Of a stretch of 64,000 nucleotides of DNA, positions 43,101 through 58,100 are shown piece after piece. The notes under the pieces were generated by a model. That model saw only the letters and a program-made list of their open reading frames with translations, searched no databases and was not told where the DNA came from. The position numbers and the translations under genes are program-made. The DNA comes from Eledone cirrhosa (Eukaryota). The DNA lies in the NCBI GenBank assembly GCA_964016885.1, contig OZ024740.1, positions 421,600,001 through 421,664,000 on the forward strand, given 5' to 3'. Position 1 is the stretch's first letter; each line of letters begins with the position of its first letter.

Positions 43101-46100
43101 ACATAGAAAGATGAATGAACTTAGATATATGTGTCATATTAAACCTACATAGAAAGGTGAATTAACTTAGATATATGTGTCATATTAAACCTACATAGAA
43201 AGGTGAATTAACTTAGATATATGTGTCATATTAAACCTACATAGAAAGGTGGATTAACTTAGATATGTGTGTCATATTAAACCTAAATAGAAAGGTGGAT
43301 TAACATAGATATATGTGTCATATTAAACCTACATAGAAAGGTGAATTAACATAGATATATGTGTCATATTAAACCTACATAGAAAGGTGGATTAACTTAG
43401 ATATATGTGTCATATTAAACCAACATAGAAAGGTGGATTAACATAGATATATGTGTCATATTAAACCTACATAGAAAGGTGGATTAACTTAGATATATGT
43501 GTCATATTAAACCTACATAGAAAGGTGGATTAACTTAGATATATGTGTCATATTAAACCTACATAGAAAGATGAATGAACTTAGATATATGTGTCATATT
43601 AAACCTACATAGAAAGGTGAATTAACTTAGATATATGTGTCATATTAAACCTACATAGAAAGGTGAATTAACTTAGATATATGTGTAATATTAAACCTAC
43701 ATAGAAAGGTGGATTAACTTAGATATGTGTGTCATATTAAACCTAAATAGAAAGGTGGATTAACATAGATATATGTGTCATATTAAACCTACATAGAAAG
43801 GTGAATTAAGTTAGATATATGTGTCATATTAAACCTACATAGAAAGGTGGATTAACATAGATATATGTGTCATATTAAACCTACATAGAAAGGTGGATTA
43901 ACATAGATATATGTGTCATATTAAACCTACATAGAAAGGTGGATTAACTTAGATATGTGTGTCATATTAAACCTACATAGAAAGGTGGATTAACATAGAT
44001 ATATGTGTCATATTAAACCTACATAGAAAGGTGGAGTAACATAGATATATGTGTCATATTAAACCTACATAGAAAGGTGGAGTAACATAGATATATGTGT
44101 CATATTAAACCTACATAGAAAGGTGGATTAACATAGATATATGTGTCATATTAAACGTTCATAGAAAGGTGGATTAACTTAGATATGTGTGTCATATTAA
44201 ACCTACATAGAAAGGTGGATTAACTTAGATATATGTGTCATATTAAACCTACATAGAAAGATGAATGAACTTAGATATATGTGTCATATTAAACCTACAT
44301 AGAAAGGTGAATTAACTTAGATATATGTGTCATATTAAACCTACATAGAAAGGTGAATTAACTTAGATATATGTGTCATATTAAACCTACATAGAAAGGT
44401 GGATTAACTTAGATATGTGTGTCATATTAAACCTAAATAGAAAGGTGGATTAACATAGATATATGTGTCATATTAAACCTACATAGAAAGGTGAATTAAC
44501 ATAGATATATGTGTCATATTAAACCTACATAGAAAGGTGGATTAACTTAGATATATGTGTCATATTAAACCAACATAGAAAGGTGGATTAACATAGATAT
44601 ATGTGTCATATTAAACCTACATAGAAAGGTGGATTAACTTAGATATATGTGTCATATTAAACCTACATAGAAAGGTGGATTAACTTAGATATATGTGTCA
44701 TATTAAACCTACATAGAAAGATGAATGAACTTAGATATATGTGTCATATTAAACCTACATAGAAAGGTGAATTAACTTAGATATATGTGTCATATTAAAC
44801 CTACATAGAAAGGTGAATTAACTTAGATATATGTGTCATATTAAACCTACATAGAAAGGTGGATTAACTTAGATATGTGTGTCATATTAAACCTAAATAG
44901 AAAGGTGGATTAACATAGATATATGTGTCATATTAAACCTACATAGAAAGGTGAATTAACATAGATATATGTGTCATATTAAACCTACATAGAAAGGTGG
45001 ATTAACTTAGATATATGTGTCATATTAAACCAACATAGAAAGGTGGATTAACATAGATATATGTGTCATATTAAACCTACATAGAAAGGTGGATTAACTT
45101 AGATATATGTGTCATATTAAACCTACATAGAAAGGTGGATTAACTTAGATATGTGTCATATCAAACCTACATAGAAAGGTGAATTAACTTAGATATATGT
45201 GTCATATTAAACCTACATAGAAAGGTGAATTAACTTAGATATATGTGTCACATTAAACCTACATAGAAAGGTGGATTAACATAGATATATGTGTCATATT
45301 AAACCTACATAGAAAGGTGAATTAACTTAGATATATGTGTCATATTAAACCTACATAGAAAGGTGGATTAAAATAGATATATGTGTCATATTAAACCTAC
45401 ATAGAAAGGTGAATTAACTTAGATATGTGTCATATTAAACCTTCATGGAAAGGTGGATTAACATAGATATATGTGTCATATTAAACCTACATAGAAAGGT
45501 GGATTAACATAGATATATGTGTCATATTAAACCAACATAGAAAGGTGGATTAACATAGATATACGTGTCATATTAAACCTACATAGAAAGGTGAATTAAC
45601 TTAGATATATGTGTCATATTAAACCTACATAGAAAGGTGGATTAACATAGATATATGTGTCATATTAAACCTACATAGAAAGGTGGATTAACTTAGATAT
45701 ATGTGTCATATTAAACCTACATAGAAAGATGAATGAACTTAGATATATGTGTCATATTAAACCTACATAGAAAGGTGAATTAACTTAGATATATGTGTCA
45801 TATTAAACCTACATAGAAAGGTGAATTAACTTAGATATATGTGTCATATTAAACCTACATAGAAAGGTGGATTAACTTAGATATGTGTGTCATATTAAAC
45901 CTAAATAGAAAGGTGGATTAACATAGATATATGTGTCATATTAAACCTACATAGAAAGGTGAATTAACATAGATATATGTGTCATATTAAACCTACATAG
46001 AAAGGTGGATTAACTTAGATATATGTGTCATATTAAACCAACATAGAAAGGTGGATTAACATAGATATATGTGTCATATTAAACCTACATAGAAAGGTGG

Positions 46101-49100
46101 ATTAACTTAGATATATGTGTCATATTAAACCTACATAGAAAGGTGGATTAACTTAGATATGTGTCATATCAAACCTACATAGAAAGGTGAATTAACTTAG
46201 ATATATGTGTCATATTAAACCTACATAGAAAGGTGAATTAACTTAGATATATGTGTCACATTAAACCTACATAGAAAGGTGGATTAACATAGATATATGT
46301 GTCATATTAAACCTACATAGAAAGGTGAATTAACTTAGATATATGTGTCATATTAAACCTACATAGAAAGGTGGATTAACATAGATATATGTGTCATATT
46401 AAACCTACATAGAAAGGTGAATTAACTTAGATATGTGTCATATTAAACCTTCATGGAAAGGTGGATTAACATAGATATATGTGTCATATTAAACCTACAT
46501 AGAAAGGTGGATTAACATAGATATATGTGTCATATTAAACCAACATAGAAAGGTGGATTAACATAGATATACGTGTCATATTAAACCTACATAGAAAGGT
46601 GAATTAACTTAGATATATGTGTCATATTAAACCTACATAGAAAGGTGGATTAACATAGATATATGTGTCATATTAAACCTACATAGAAAGGTGGATTAAC
46701 TTAGATATATGTGTCATATTAAACCTACATAGAAAGATGAATGAACTTAGATGTATGTGTCATATTAAACCTACATAGAAAGGTGAATTAACTTAGATAT
46801 ATGTGTCATATTAAACCTACATAGAAAGGTGAATTAACTTAGATATATGTGTCATATTAAACCTACATAGAAAGGTGGATTAACTTAGATATGTGTGTCA
46901 TATTAAACCTAAATAGAAAGGTGGATTAACATAGATATATGTGTCATATTAAACCTACATAGAAAGGTGAATTAACATAGATATATGTGTCATATTAAAC
47001 CTACATAGAAAGGTGGATTAACTTAGATATATGTGTCATATTAAACCAACATAGAAAGGTGGATTAACATAGATATATGTGTCATATTAAACCTACATAG
47101 AAAGGTGGATTAACATAGATATATGTGTCATATTAAACCTACATAGAAAGGTGGATTAACATAGATATATGTGTCATATTAAACCTACATAGAAAGGTGA
47201 ATTAACATAGATATATGTGTCATATTAAACCTACATAGAAAGGTGGATTAACTTAGATATATGTGTGTCATATTAAACCTACATAGAAAGATGAATGAAC
47301 TTAGATATATGTGTCATATTAAACCTTCATAGAAAGGTGGATTAACTTAGATATGTGTGTCATATTAAACCTAAATAGAAGGGTGGATTAACATAGATAT
47401 ATGTGTCATATTAAACCTACATAGAAAGCTGAATTAACTTAGATATATGTGTCATATTAAACCTACATAGAAAGGTGAATTAAGTTAGATATATGTGTCA
47501 TATTAAACCTACATAGAAAGGTGGATTAACATAGATATATGTGTCATATTAAACCTACATAGAAAGGTGGATTAACATATATATATGTGTCATATTAAAC
47601 CTACATAGAAAGGTGGATTAACTTAGATATGTGTGTCATATTAAACCTACATAGAAAGGTGGATTAACATAGATATGTGTCATATTAAACCTACATAGAA
47701 AGGTGGAGTAACATAGATATATGTGTCATATTAAACCTACATAGAAAGGTGGAGTAACATAGATATATGTGTCATATTAAACCTACATAGAAAGGTGGAT
47801 TAACATAGATATATGTGTCATATTAAACGTTCATAGAAAGGTGGATTAACTTAGATATGTGTGTCATATTAAACCTACATAGAAAGGTGGATTAACTTAG
47901 ATATATGTGTCATATTAAACCTACATAGAAAGATGAATGAACTTAGATATATGTGTCATATTAAACCTACATAGAAAGGTGAATTAACTTAGATATATGT
48001 GTCATATTAAACCTACATAGAAAGGTGAATTAACTTAGATATATGTGTCATATTAAACCTACATAGAAAGGTGGATTAACTTAGATATGTGTGTCATATT
48101 AAACCTAAATAGAAAGGTGGATTAACATAGATATATGTGTCATATTAAACCTACATAGAAAGGTGAATTAACATAGATATATGTGTCATATTAAACCTAC
48201 ATAGAAAGGTGGATTAACTTAGATATATGTGTCATATTAAACCAACATAGAAAGGTGGATTAACATAGATATATGTGTCATATTAAACCTACATAGAAAG
48301 GTGGATTAACTTAGATATATGTGTCATATTAAACCTACATAGAAAGGTGGATTAACTTAGATATATGTGTCATATTAAACCTACATAGAAAGATGAATGA
48401 ACTTAGATATATGTGTCATATTAAACCTACATAGAAAGGTGAATTAACTTAGATATATGTGTCATATTAAACCTACATAGAAAGGTGAATTAACTTAGAT
48501 ATATGTGTCATATTAAACCTACATAGAAAGGTGGATTAACTTAGATATGTGTGTCATATTAAACCTAAATAGAAAGGTGGATTAACATAGATATATGTGT
48601 CATATTAAACCTACATAGAAAGGTGAATTAAGTTAGATATATGTGTCATATTAAACCTACATAGAAAGGTGGATTAACATAGATATATGTGTCATATTAA
48701 ACCTACATAGAAAGGTGGATTAACATAGATATATGTGTCATATTAAACCTACATAGAAAGGTGGATTAACTTAGATATGTGTGTCATATTAAACCTACAT
48801 AGAAAGGTGGATTAACATAGATATATGTGTCATATTAAACCTACATAGAAAGGTGGAGTAACATAGATATATGTGTCATATTAAACCTACATAGAAAGGT
48901 GGAGTAACATAGATATATGTGTCATATTAAACCTACATAGAAAGGTGGATTAACATAGATATATGTGTCATATTAAACGTTCATAGAAAGGTGGATTAAC
49001 TTAGATATGTGTGTCATATTAAACCTACATAGAAAGGTGGATTAACTTAGATATATGTGTCATATTAAACCTACATAGAAAGATGAATGAACTTAGATAT

Positions 49101-52100
49101 ATGTGTCATATTAAACCTACATAGAAAGGTGAATTAACTTAGATATATGTGTCATATTAAACCTACATAGAAAGGTGAATTAACTTAGATATATGTGTCA
49201 TATTAAACCTACATAGAAAGGTGGATTAACTTAGATATGTGTGTCATATTAAACCTAAATAGAAAGGTGGATTAACATAGATATATGTGTCATATTAAAC
49301 CTACATAGAAAGGTGAATTAACATAGATATATGTGTCATATTAAACCTACATAGAAAGGTGGATTAACTTAGATATATGTGTCATATTAAACCAACATAG
49401 AAAGGTGGATTAACATAGATATATGTGTCATATTAAACCTACATAGAAAGGTGGATTAACTTAGATATATGTGTCATATTAAACCTACATAGAAAGGTGG
49501 ATTAACTTAGATATATGTGTCATATTAAACCTACATAGAAAGATGAATGAACTTAGATATATGTGTCATATTAAACCTACATAGAAAGGTGAATTAACTT
49601 AGATATATGTGTCATATTAAACCTACATAGAAAGGTGAATTAACTTAGATATATGTGTCATATTAAACCTACATAGAAAGGTGGATTAACTTAGATATGT
49701 GTGTCATATTAAACCTAAATAGAAAGGTGGATTAACATAGATATATGTGTCATATTAAACCTACATAGAAAGGTGAATTAACATAGATATATGTGTCATA
49801 TTAAACCTACATAGAAAGGTGGATTAACTTAGATATATGTGTCATATTAAACCAACATAGAAAGGTGGATTAACATAGATATATGTGTCATATTAAACCT
49901 ACATAGAAAGGTGGATTAACTTAGATATATGTGTCATATTAAACCTACATAGAAAGGTGGATTAACTTAGATATGTGTCATATCAAACCTACATAGAAAG
50001 GTGAATTAACTTAGATATATGTGTCATATTAAACCTACATAGAAAGGTGAATTAACTTAGATATATGTGTCACATTAAACCTACATAGAAAGGTGGATTA
50101 ACATAGATATATGTGTCATATTAAACCTACATAGAAAGGTGAATTAACTTAGATATATGTGTCATATTAAACCTACATAGAAAGGTGGATTAAAATAGAT
50201 ATATGTGTCATATTAAACCTACATAGAAAGGTGAATTAACTTAGATATGTGTCATATTAAACCTTCATGGAAAGGTGGATTAACATAGATATATGTGTCA
50301 TATTAAACCTACATAGAAAGGTGGATTAACATAGATATATGTGTCATATTAAACCAACATAGAAAGGTGGATTAACATAGATATACGTGTCATATTAAAC
50401 CTACATAGAAAGGTGAATTAACTTAGATATATGTGTCATATTAAACCTACATAGAAAGGTGGATTAACATAGATATATGTGTCATATTAAACCTACATAG
50501 AAAGGTGGATTAACTTAGATATATGTGTCATATTAAACCTACATAGAAAGATGAATGAACTTAGATATATGTGTCATATTAAACCTACATAGAAAGGTGA
50601 ATTAACTTAGATATATGTGTCATATTAAACCTACATAGAAAGGTGAATTAACTTAGATATATGTGTCATATTAAACCTACATAGAAAGGTGGATTAACTT
50701 AGATATGTGTGTCATATTAAACCTAAATAGAAAGGTGGATTAACATAGATATATGTGTCATATTAAACCTACATAGAAAGGTGAATTAACATAGATATAT
50801 GTGTCATATTAAACCTACATAGAAAGGTGGATTAACTTAGATATATGTGTCATATTAAACCAACATAGAAAGGTGGATTAACATAGATATATGTGTCATA
50901 TTAAACCTACATAGAAAGGTGGATTAACTTAGATATATGTGTCATATTAAACCTACATAGAAAGGTGGATTAACTTAGATATGTGTCATATCAAACCTAC
51001 ATAGAAAGGTGAATTAACTTAGATATATGTGTCATATTAAACCTACATAGAAAGGTGAATTAACTTAGATATATGTGTCACATTAAACCTACATAGAAAG
51101 GTGGATTAACATAGATATATGTGTCATATTAAACCTACATAGAAAGGTGAATTAACTTAGATATATGTGTCATATTAAACCTACATAGAAAGGTGGATTA
51201 ACATAGATATATGTGTCATATTAAACCTACATAGAAAGGTGAATTAACTTAGATATGTGTCATATTAAACCTTCATGGAAAGGTGGATTAACATAGATAT
51301 ATGTGTCATATTAAACCTACATAGAAAGGTGGATTAACATAGATATATGTGTCATATTAAACCAACATAGAAAGGTGGATTAACATAGATATACGTGTCA
51401 TATTAAACCTACATAGAAAGGTGAATTAACTTAGATATATGTGTCATATTAAACCTACATAGAAAGGTGGATTAACATAGATATATGTGTCATATTAAAC
51501 CTACATAGAAAGGTGGATTAACTTAGATATATGTGTCATATTAAACCTACATAGAAAGATGAATGAACTTAGATGTATGTGTCATATTAAACCTACATAG
51601 AAAGGTGAATTAACTTAGATATATGTGTCATATTAAACCTACATAGAAAGGTGAATTAACTTAGATATATGTGTCATATTAAACCTACATAGAAAGGTGG
51701 ATTAACTTAGATATGTGTGTCATATTAAACCTAAATAGAAAGGTGGATTAACATAGATATATGTGTCATATTAAACCTACATAGAAAGGTGAATTAACAT
51801 AGATATATGTGTCATATTAAACCTACATAGAAAGGTGGATTAACTTAGATATATGTGTCATATTAAACCAACATAGAAAGGTGGATTAACATAGATATAT
51901 GTGTCATATTAAACCTACATAGAAAGGTGGATTAACATAGATATATGTGTCATATTAAACCTACATAGAAAGGTGGATTAACATAGATATATGTGTCATA
52001 TTAAACCTACATAGAAAGGTGAATTAACATAGATATATGTGTCATATTAAACCTACATAGAAAGGTGGATTAACTTAGATATATGTGTGTCATATTAAAC

Positions 52101-55100
52101 CTACATAGAAAGATGAATGAACTTAGATATATGTGTCATATTAAACCTTCATAGAAAGGTGGATTAACTTAGATATGTGTGTCATATTAAACCTAAATAG
52201 AAGGGTGGATTAACATAGATATATGTGTCATATTAAACCTACATAGAAAGCTGAATTAACTTAGATATATGTGTCATATTAAACCTACATAGAAAGGTGA
52301 ATTAAGTTAGATATATGTGTCATATTAAACCTACATAGAAAGGTGGATTAACATAGATATATGTGTCATATTAAACCTACATAGAAAGGTGGATTAACAT
52401 ATATATATGTGTCATATTAAACCTACATAGAAAGGTGGATTAACTTAGATATGTGTGTCATATTAAACCTACATAGAAAGGTGGATTAACATAGATATGT
52501 GTCATATTAAACCTACATAGAAAGGTGGAGTAACATAGATATATGTGTCATATTAAACCTACATAGAAAGGTGGAGTAACATAGATATATGTGTCATATT
52601 AAACCTACATAGAAAGGTGGATTAACATAGATATATGTGTCATATTAAACGTTCATAGAAAGGTGGATTAACTTAGATATGTGTGTCATATTAAACCTAC
52701 ATAGAAAGGTGGATTAACTTAGATATATGTGTCATATTAAACCTACATAGAAAGATGAATGAACTTAGATATATGTGTCATATTAAACCTACATAGAAAG
52801 GTGAATTAACTTAGATATATGTGTCATATTAAACCTACATAGAAAGGTGAATTAACTTAGATATATGTGTCATATTAAACCTACATAGAAAGGTGGATTA
52901 ACTTAGATATGTGTGTCATATTAAACCTAAATAGAAAGGTGGATTAACATAGATATATGTGTCATATTAAACCTACATAGAAAGGTGAATTAACATAGAT
53001 ATATGTGTCATATTAAACCTACATAGAAAGGTGGATTAACTTAGATATATGTGTCATATTAAACCAACATAGAAAGGTGGATTAACATAGATATATGTGT
53101 CATATTAAACCTACATAGAAAGGTGGATTAACTTAGATATATGTGTCATATTAAACCTACATAGAAAGGTGGATTAACTTAGATATATGTGTCATATTAA
53201 ACCTACATAGAAAGATGAATGAACTTAGATATATGTGTCATATTAAACCTACATAGAAAGGTGAATTAACTTAGATATATGTGTCATATTAAACCTACAT
53301 AGAAAGGTGAATTAACTTAGATATATGTGTCATATTAAACCTACATAGAAAGGTGGATTAACTTAGATATGTGTGTCATATTAAACCTAAATAGAAAGGT
53401 GGATTAACATAGATATATGTGTCATATTAAACCTACATAGAAAGGTGAATTAACATAGATATATGTGTCATATTAAACCTACATAGAAAGGTGGATTAAC
53501 TTAGATATATGTGTCATATTAAACCAACATAGAAAGGTGGATTAACATAGATATATGTGTCATATTAAACCTACATAGAAAGGAGGATTAACTTAGATAT
53601 ATGTGTCATATTAAACCTACATAGAAAGGTGGATTAACTTAGATATATGTGTCATATTAAACCTACATAGAAAGGTGGATTAACTTAGATATATGTGTCA
53701 TATTAAACCTACATAGAAAGATGAATGAACTTAGATATATGTGTCATATTAAACCTACATAGAAAGGTGAATTAACTTAGATATATGTGTCATATTAAAC
53801 CTACATAGAAAGGTGAATTAACTTAGATATATGTGTCATATTAAACCTACATAGAAAGGTGGATTAACTTAGATATGTGTGTCATATTAAACCTAAATAG
53901 AAAGGTGGATTAACATAGATATATGTGTCATATTAAACCTACATAGAAAGGTGAATTAACATAGATATATGTGTCATATTAAACCTACATAGAAAGGTGG
54001 ATTAACTTAGATATATGTGTCATATTAAACCAACATAGAAAGGTGGATTAACATAGATATATGTGTCATATTAAACCTACATAGAAAGGTGGATTAACTT
54101 AGATATATGTGTCATATTAAACCTACATAGAAAGGTGGATTAACTTAGATATGTGTCATATCAAACCTACATAGAAAGGTGAATTAACTTAGATATATGT
54201 GTCATATTAAACCTACATAGAAAGGTGAATTAACTTAGATATATGTGTCACATTAAACCTACATAGAAAGGTGGATTAACATAGATATATGTGTCATATT
54301 AAACCTACATAGAAAGGTGAATTAACTTAGATATATGTGTCATATTAAACCTACATAGAAAGGTGGATTAACATAGATATATGTGTCATATTAAACCTAC
54401 ATAGAAAGGTGAATTAACTTAGATATGTGTCATATTAAACCTTCATGGAAAGGTGGATTAACATAGATATATGTGTCATATTAAACCTACATAGAAAGGT
54501 GGATTAACATAGATATATGTGTCATATTAAACCAACATAGAAAGGTGGATTAACATAGATATACGTGTCATATTAAACCTACATAGAAAGGTGAATTAAC
54601 TTAGATATATGTGTCATATTAAACCTACATAGAAAGGTGGATTAACATAGATATATGTGTCATATTAAACCTACATAGAAAGGTGGATTAACTTAGATAT
54701 ATGTGTCATATTAAACCTACATAGAAAGATGAATGAACTTAGATATATGTGTCATATTAAACTTACATAGAAAGGTGAATTAACTTAGATATATGTGTCA
54801 TATTAAACCTACATAGAAAGATGAATTAACTTAGATATATGTGTCATATTAAACCTACATAGAAAGGTGGATTAACTTAGATATGTGTGTCATATTAAAC
54901 CTAAATAGAAAGGTGGATTAACATAGATATATGTGTCATATTAAACCTACATAGAAAGGTGAATTAACATAGATATATGTGTCATATTAAACCTACATAG
55001 AAAGGTGGATTAACTTAGATATATGTGTCATATTAAACCAACATAGAAAGGTGGATTAACATAGATATATGTGTCATATTAAACCTACATAGAAAGGTGG

Positions 55101-58100
55101 ATTAACTTAGATATATGTGTCATATTAAACCTACATAGAAAGGTGGATTAACTTAGATATGTGTCATATCAAACCTACATAGAAAGGTGAATTAACTTAG
55201 ATATATGTGTCATATTAAACCTACATAGAAAGGTGAATTAACTTAGATATATGTGTCACATTAAACCTACATAGAAAGGTGGATTAACATAGATATATGT
55301 GTCATATTAAACCTACATAGAAAGGTGAATTAACTTAGATATATGTGTCATATTAAACCTACATAGAAAGGTGGATTAACATAGATATATGTGTCATATT
55401 AAACCTACATAGAAAGGTGAATTAACTTAGATATGTGTCATATTAAACCTTCATGGAAAGGTGGATTAACATAGATATATGTGTCATATTAAACCTACAT
55501 AGAAAGGTGGATTAACATAGATATATGTGTCATATTAAACCAACATAGAAAGGTGGATTAACATAGATATACGTGTCATATTAAACCTACATAGAAAGGT
55601 GAATTAACTTAGATATATGTGTCATATTAAACCTACATAGAAAGGTGGATTAACTTAGATATGTGTGTCATATTAAACCTACATAGAAAGGTGAATTAAC
55701 TTAGATATATGTGTCATATTAAACCTAAATAGAAAGGTGGATTAACATAGATATATGTGTCATATTAAACCTACATAGAAAGGTGGATTAACATAGATAT
55801 ATGTGTCATATTAAACCTACATAGAAAGGTGAATTAACTTAGATATATGTGTCATATTAAACCTTCATGGAAAGGTGGATTAACATAGATATATGTGTCA
55901 TATTAAACCTACATAGAAAGGTGAATTAACATAGATATATTTGTCATATTAAACCTACATAGAAAGGTGGATTAACTTAGATATATGTGTCATATTAAAC
56001 CAACATAGAAAGGTGGATTAACATAGATATATGTGTCATATTAAACCTACATAGAAAGGTGGATTAACTTAGATATGTGTGTCATATTAAACCTAAATAG
56101 AAGGGTGGATTAACATAGATATATGTGTCATATTAAACCTACATAGAAAGCTGAATTAACTTAGATATATGTGTCATATTAAACCTAAATAGAAAGGTGG
56201 ATTAACATAGATATATGTGTCATATTAAACCTACATAGAAAGGTGGATTAACATAGATATATGTGTCATATTAAACCTACATAGAAAGGTGGATTAACAT
56301 AGATATATGTGTCATATTAAACCTACATAGAAAGGTGGATTAACTTAGATATGTGTGTCATATTAAACCTACATAGAAAGGTGGATTAACATAGATATAT
56401 GTGTCATATTAAACCTACATAGAAAGGTGGATTAACTTAGATATATGTGTCATATTAAACCTACATAGAAAGATGAATGAACTTAGATATATGTGTCATA
56501 TTAAACCTACATAAAAAGGTGAATTAACTTAGATATATGTGTCATATTAAACCTTCATAGAAAGGTGGATTAACTTAGATATGTGTGTCATATTAAACCT
56601 AAATAGAAGGGTGGATTAACATAGATATATGTGTCATATTAAACCTACATAGAAAGCTGAATTAACTTAGATATATGTGTCATATTAAACCTAAATAGAA
56701 AGGTGGATTAACATAGATATATGTGTCATATTAAACCTACATAGAAAGGTGGATTAACATAGATATACGTCTCATATTAAACCTACATAGAAAGGTGGAT
56801 TAACATAGATATATGTGTCATATTAAACCTACATAGAAAGGTGGATTAACATAGATATATGTGTCATATTAAACCTACATAGAAAGGTGGATTAACATAG
56901 ATATATGTGTCATATTAAACCTACATAGAAAGGTGAATTAACATAGATATATGTGTCATATTAAACCTACATAGAAAGGTGGATTAACTTAGATATATGT
57001 GTGTCATATTAAACCTACATAGAAAGATGAATGAACTTAGATATATGTGTCATATTAAACCTTCATAGAAAGGTGGATTAACTTAGATATGTGTGTCATA
57101 TTAAACCTAAATAGAAGGGTGGATTAACATAGATATATGTGTCATATTAAACCTACATAGAAAGCTGAATTAACTTAGATATATGTGTCATATTAAACCT
57201 ACATAGAAAGGTGAATTAACTTAGATATATGTGTCATATTAAACCTACATAGAAAGGTGGATTAACATAGATATATGTGTCATATTAAACCTACATAGAA
57301 AGGTGGATTAACTTAGATATGTGTGTCATATTAAACCTACATAGAAAGGTGGATTAACATAGATATATGTGTCATATTAAACCTACATAGAAAGGTGGAG
57401 TAACATAGATATATGTGTCATATTAAACCTACATAGAAAGGTGGAGTAACATAGATATATGTGTCATATTAAACCTACATAGAAAGGTGGATTAACATAG
57501 ATATACGTGTCATATTAAACCTACATAGAAAGGTGGATTAACTTAGATATGTGTATCATATTAAACCTAAATAGAAAGGTGGATTAACATAGATATATGT
57601 GTCATATTAAACCTACATAGAAAGGTGGATTAACATAGATATATGTGTCATATTAAACCTACATAGAAAGCTGAATTAACTTAGATATATGTGTCATATT
57701 AAACCTACATGGAAAGGTGGATTAACATAGATATATGTGTCATATTAAACCTACTTAGAAAGGTGGAGTAACATAGATATATGTGTCATATTAAACCTAC
57801 ATAGAAAGGTGGATTAACATAGATATATGTGTCATATTAAACCTACATAGAAAGGTGGATTAACATAGATATACGTGTCATATTAAACCTACATAGAAAG
57901 GTGGATTAACTTAGATATGTGTATCATATTAAACCTAAATAGAAAGGTGGATTAACATAGATATATGTGTCATATTAAACCTACATAGAAAGGTGAATTA
58001 ACTTAGATATGTGTCATATTAAACCTTCATGGAAAGGTGGATTGACATAGATATATGTGTCATATTAAACCTACATAGAAAGGTGGATTAACATAGATAT

